DNA from: an uncultured Gammaproteobacteria bacterium
Lineage (GTDB): Bacteria > Patescibacteriota > Microgenomatia > JAMCZE01
Reading direction: 5' to 3'
DNA: 64,000 bases
Assembly: GCA_964641255.1 (NCBI GenBank)
Contig: CAZXMM010000001.1
Coordinates: forward strand, 601,984-665,983
The position numbers and the translations under genes were made by a program. This document shows positions 63,791 to 64,000 of the stretch, piece after piece; within the stretch, counting starts at the first letter, position 1, and the number at the start of each line of letters is the position of its first letter. The notes under the pieces were generated by a model that was not told where the DNA came from, did not search any database, and saw only the letters and a list, made by a program, of their open reading frames with translations.

Positions 63791-64000
63791 ATTTTTTATT
63801 CCTTCTGGACTTTACATACTCGATGTAGTCCAGAACGGTTTGTCTTTCCCGTACGGTCATATCCTGAACTTCCTTCAGCATTAACGTAAAGGTTGCATCC
63901 TCTTTAACTCTCTTACTCGTTTTGTCCAAGTAGCCTGCTTTGTTTAGTAGTAATTCATAAGGGATGTTATACGCGACAGATAACCCTTTTAACTTGAACG
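63765..64000 (-). CDS. XRE-family HTH regulator, partial (runs off the window end)
   Basis: Minus-strand translation ...LKGLSVAYNIPYELLLNKAGYLDKTSKRVKED...RQTVLDYIEYVKS. The stop overlaps the ImmA start. Confidence 0.5.
   Translation of the reverse strand, partial: FKLKGLSVAYNIPYELLLNKAGYLDKTSKRVKEDATFTLMLKEVQDMTVRERQTVLDYIEYVKSRRNKKYDKSPKKG

Overview
The window is a mosaic. The first ~9.4 kb looks core-like. It holds a partial AbiEii-like nucleotidyltransferase at the left edge, a GT-C-like membrane protein, an NfeD/SPFH pair, galU, a large Cys-rich secreted protein, tRNA-Gln and tRNA-Val. Everything downstream of tRNA-Val is accessory. (1) 9.9-21.2 kb is a same-strand array of small, mutually unrelated genes, including two SAM methyltransferases, a MOSC protein, a JAB-like protein and a PLD nuclease. 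A conserved ~125-140 bp intergenic module fills almost every gap in this array. The module has a 5' box (TGTGCACCTGGAGCGA-N3/4-GTCTTGAACTTCT), a variable core, and a 3' box (TTCAAGATATATCTTATAGTATAATG) that ends 5-11 nt before the start codon. I count 10 copies. It resembles an integron cassette array but has no canonical attC core sites and no IntI. This is the most interesting candidate for an undescribed system. (2) 20-26.7 kb is AT-rich. It carries a PLD-family nuclease, a 563-aa protein with six CxxC motifs next to an XRE regulator, CAP-domain proteins, an unannotated YHS peptide, and an M23 peptidase whose two motifs are in reversed order. (3) 26.7-46.6 kb is a minus-strand copper homeostasis island. 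It has two P1B-type ATPases (one with CPD instead of CPC), CopZ, a two-domain multicopper oxidase, cupredoxin-like proteins, DsbA, a CusRS-like two-component system and DUF2933/ICMT pairs. Its regulators are a BlaI/CopY-family repressor and a BlaR1-like M56 protease with a Cys/His-rich tail. (4) 46.6-57.3 kb is a T4SS/conjugation module: an M23 hydrolase, a VirB4-like ATPase, pilin-like and VirB6-like proteins, a Replic_Relax protein, DUF2958, a VirD4-like coupling ATPase and an orphan AbiEii. (5) Two paralogous large serine recombinases converge on a cluster of seven tRNA genes at 59.5-60.5 kb, and both ORFs read antisense through tRNA genes. A DUF3800/ImmA/XRE module lies at the right edge. 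All calls come from reading the sequence and the ORF translations; no database searches were run.
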